This document shows positions 62,367 through 64,000 of a DNA stretch of 64,000 nucleotides, in pieces; the first letter of the stretch is position 1; each line of letters begins with the position of its first letter. The translations under genes and the position numbers were made by a program. Under the pieces are notes generated by a model. It had not been told where the DNA came from. It saw only the letters and a list, made by a program, of their open reading frames with translations, and searched no databases. Source of the DNA: Callorhinchus milii (lineage: Eukaryota); contig NW_024704742.1 in the NCBI RefSeq assembly GCF_018977255.1, positions 59,026,001 to 59,090,000 of the forward strand. The letters run 5' to 3'.

Positions 62367-63309
62367 GTTTTTCCTTGGGAAAGCCAATATAATTTAAACC
62401 CCAATATGTCATAAGTCATCAAGGTGAAAATATTCTGCTTTGCAAACTTCCTGAGCTCAAAGACGTCAGTTGAGAACTGATTTGCATGTCACTTATAGCC
62501 ATTGCACCTGAGCCGAGGAAATATGTTCAGCTGGATAAGTCGATTTAGTTTCCAGCTGTTATTCTGGTCCTGGTTGTTCAGATGCTTACCCAGTAGAGAG
62601 GTCTGCTGATGGGCGGTTGCTGTGAATAGGTTTTAATCCCCGCTGGCAAAATTGAAAAATGTGTTGGGATTGTATTCACAATCTGCAGTGTGGCTCATTA
62701 TACATCATGCAGGTTTGTTTCAGCCACACACAGATTTTAAAAATCTTGAGATTAAATAAATCCCAATGATTAATTCATCACTTTTTAATAGGGATACTAT
62801 AAATAGAGGCCACTGTGTGTGTGTGAGCGGAATGTGGAAAATAGTTCAGGTGTGAACGTTCTCATAACTCATAACTAATGAAGCCATGGGATTTAGGGAT
62901 TATCAGTGAAATGCAACTAATCATGGATGAATAATGTGCATCTGATTAGTAGACTGATGTCCTAGCACTCAATTACCTTTGGGGTCATTGTGGATTTTAG
63001 GTCTCTTTTCTGTAATGTGCTCTGCTCATCTCCTCAAACGATCACTTAAATCCTTCAAGTGGAACATTCAGTTTGCACTGTTGTGGGCTCTTCCTTGGGA
63101 AAGCCAATAACAGTGCAATCAAAGAGCCTCTAACATTGTGATCTGCAACAAGCCATGTCAAGGACTGAGCTTGATGTTTCAAATGGCTTTTGTTTCTGAC
63201 ATGCTTTCTTTTATCCTTAAACCATGAATGTATTGTGTCAGTAGCTCACACGTTAAATATTTTTAGGCTGGTTAATTTGGGGAGGGTGTGTGAAAATTTC
63301 ACAGAATGT

Positions 63310-63870
63310 GCATGAAGGAGACGGGAATAGAGGGGTAGAAAGGGTAGAGTCTCAGGCGTAGCATGAACTAGTTGGGTCAATAGCCTGTTTCTGTGCTGTA
63401 ATGTTCTGTGTAATTCTTTCTTTGTAATTCTACGACAAAGGAATTTTCTGCTGTGGACAAGGATAAGCGGCATTATCTTGCCTTGCTTTTGGAATGCTTG
63501 ATGTTGAGCTGTGGATCAGTGAATAATTATTAGTTACCAGCACTAATACAGTACAACTTATATTATATAGTTATATGGTTATATGTCTCAAAGCCCTTGA
63601 CACTCCTGGTTTGGTACCTGAGGTGTGAGTGGGAGCCGAGGGAGTGGAGAGGGAAAATACTACTACTGAACTCCAGTCAAACTGGTAGATCTTGAGACAT
63701 ATCTTGAAAGAGGTGAGGGAGAGAAGAAGACAGAGGGATTCCAGGATGGATTTCTAGATAGTGGGGGCAGGTAAGCTGAAAGCCTGACTAGATATGATCA
63801 GCCAAGATCTAATAGAATGGCGAACAGGCTTGAGGTGCTGAATGGCCTACTCCTGTTCCTCTGTTCCTAT
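63310..63870. mobile_element. CR1 tails (+, ~63310-63420 and ~63800-63870) and an L2 fragment (-, ~63570-63790)
   Basis: 'tagcctgtttctgtgctgtaatgttctg' and 'gaatggcctactcctgttcct' tails. Confidence 0.65.
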
Positions 63871-64000
63871 GGACTTTGAACAAGCGGCTAATAAAATCCT
63901 CCATCAAGTAACTTGTAGATTAAAAAGAAGCAATGTCCCATTGTCATGCTGCACAACAAAGTTTTTTCCTATAACAGGATGCATTTCGATACTCTTGCCC

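Noticed and set aside
63111..63132. miR-130/301 family (CAGUGCAAU)
   Set aside because: Only the first 9 nt match; the rest and the position in the hairpin do not fit known precursors
1..64000. CRISPR array, operon or other prokaryotic/viral system
   Set aside because: No regularly spaced repeat-spacer array and no long non-TE ORFs; content is vertebrate interspersed repeats

Overview
AT-rich, repeat-dense vertebrate non-coding DNA (gene desert or the middle of a very large intron). The repeat content points to a cartilaginous fish, probably a holocephalan such as Callorhinchus; this is inferred from repeat families, not from a database hit. I can support no host protein-coding gene. Every ORF with recognisable homology is a decayed retroelement: L2 and CR1 LINE ORF2 reverse-transcriptase C-termini, plus one Ty3/Gypsy RNase H remnant at ~50.9-51.4 kb. 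Other content: more than a dozen copies of a tRNA-Ala-headed SINE with an L2-like tail (old long and young short subfamilies), older Deu-domain SINEs, LF-SINE-like fragments, several fold-back (MITE-like) palindromes, and repeat-free TALE/Hox-motif-rich blocks that look like conserved enhancers. The most interesting signal is a family of short Penelope-type non-autonomous elements with 15-16 bp target-site duplications that carry a minimal type-I hammerhead ribozyme core (CUGANGA-A-stem II-GAAAC-GUU). Its stem III is palindromic and could form only as a dimer, and its stem II shows pairing-preserving substitutions between copies. Boundaries of old repeats are approximate.
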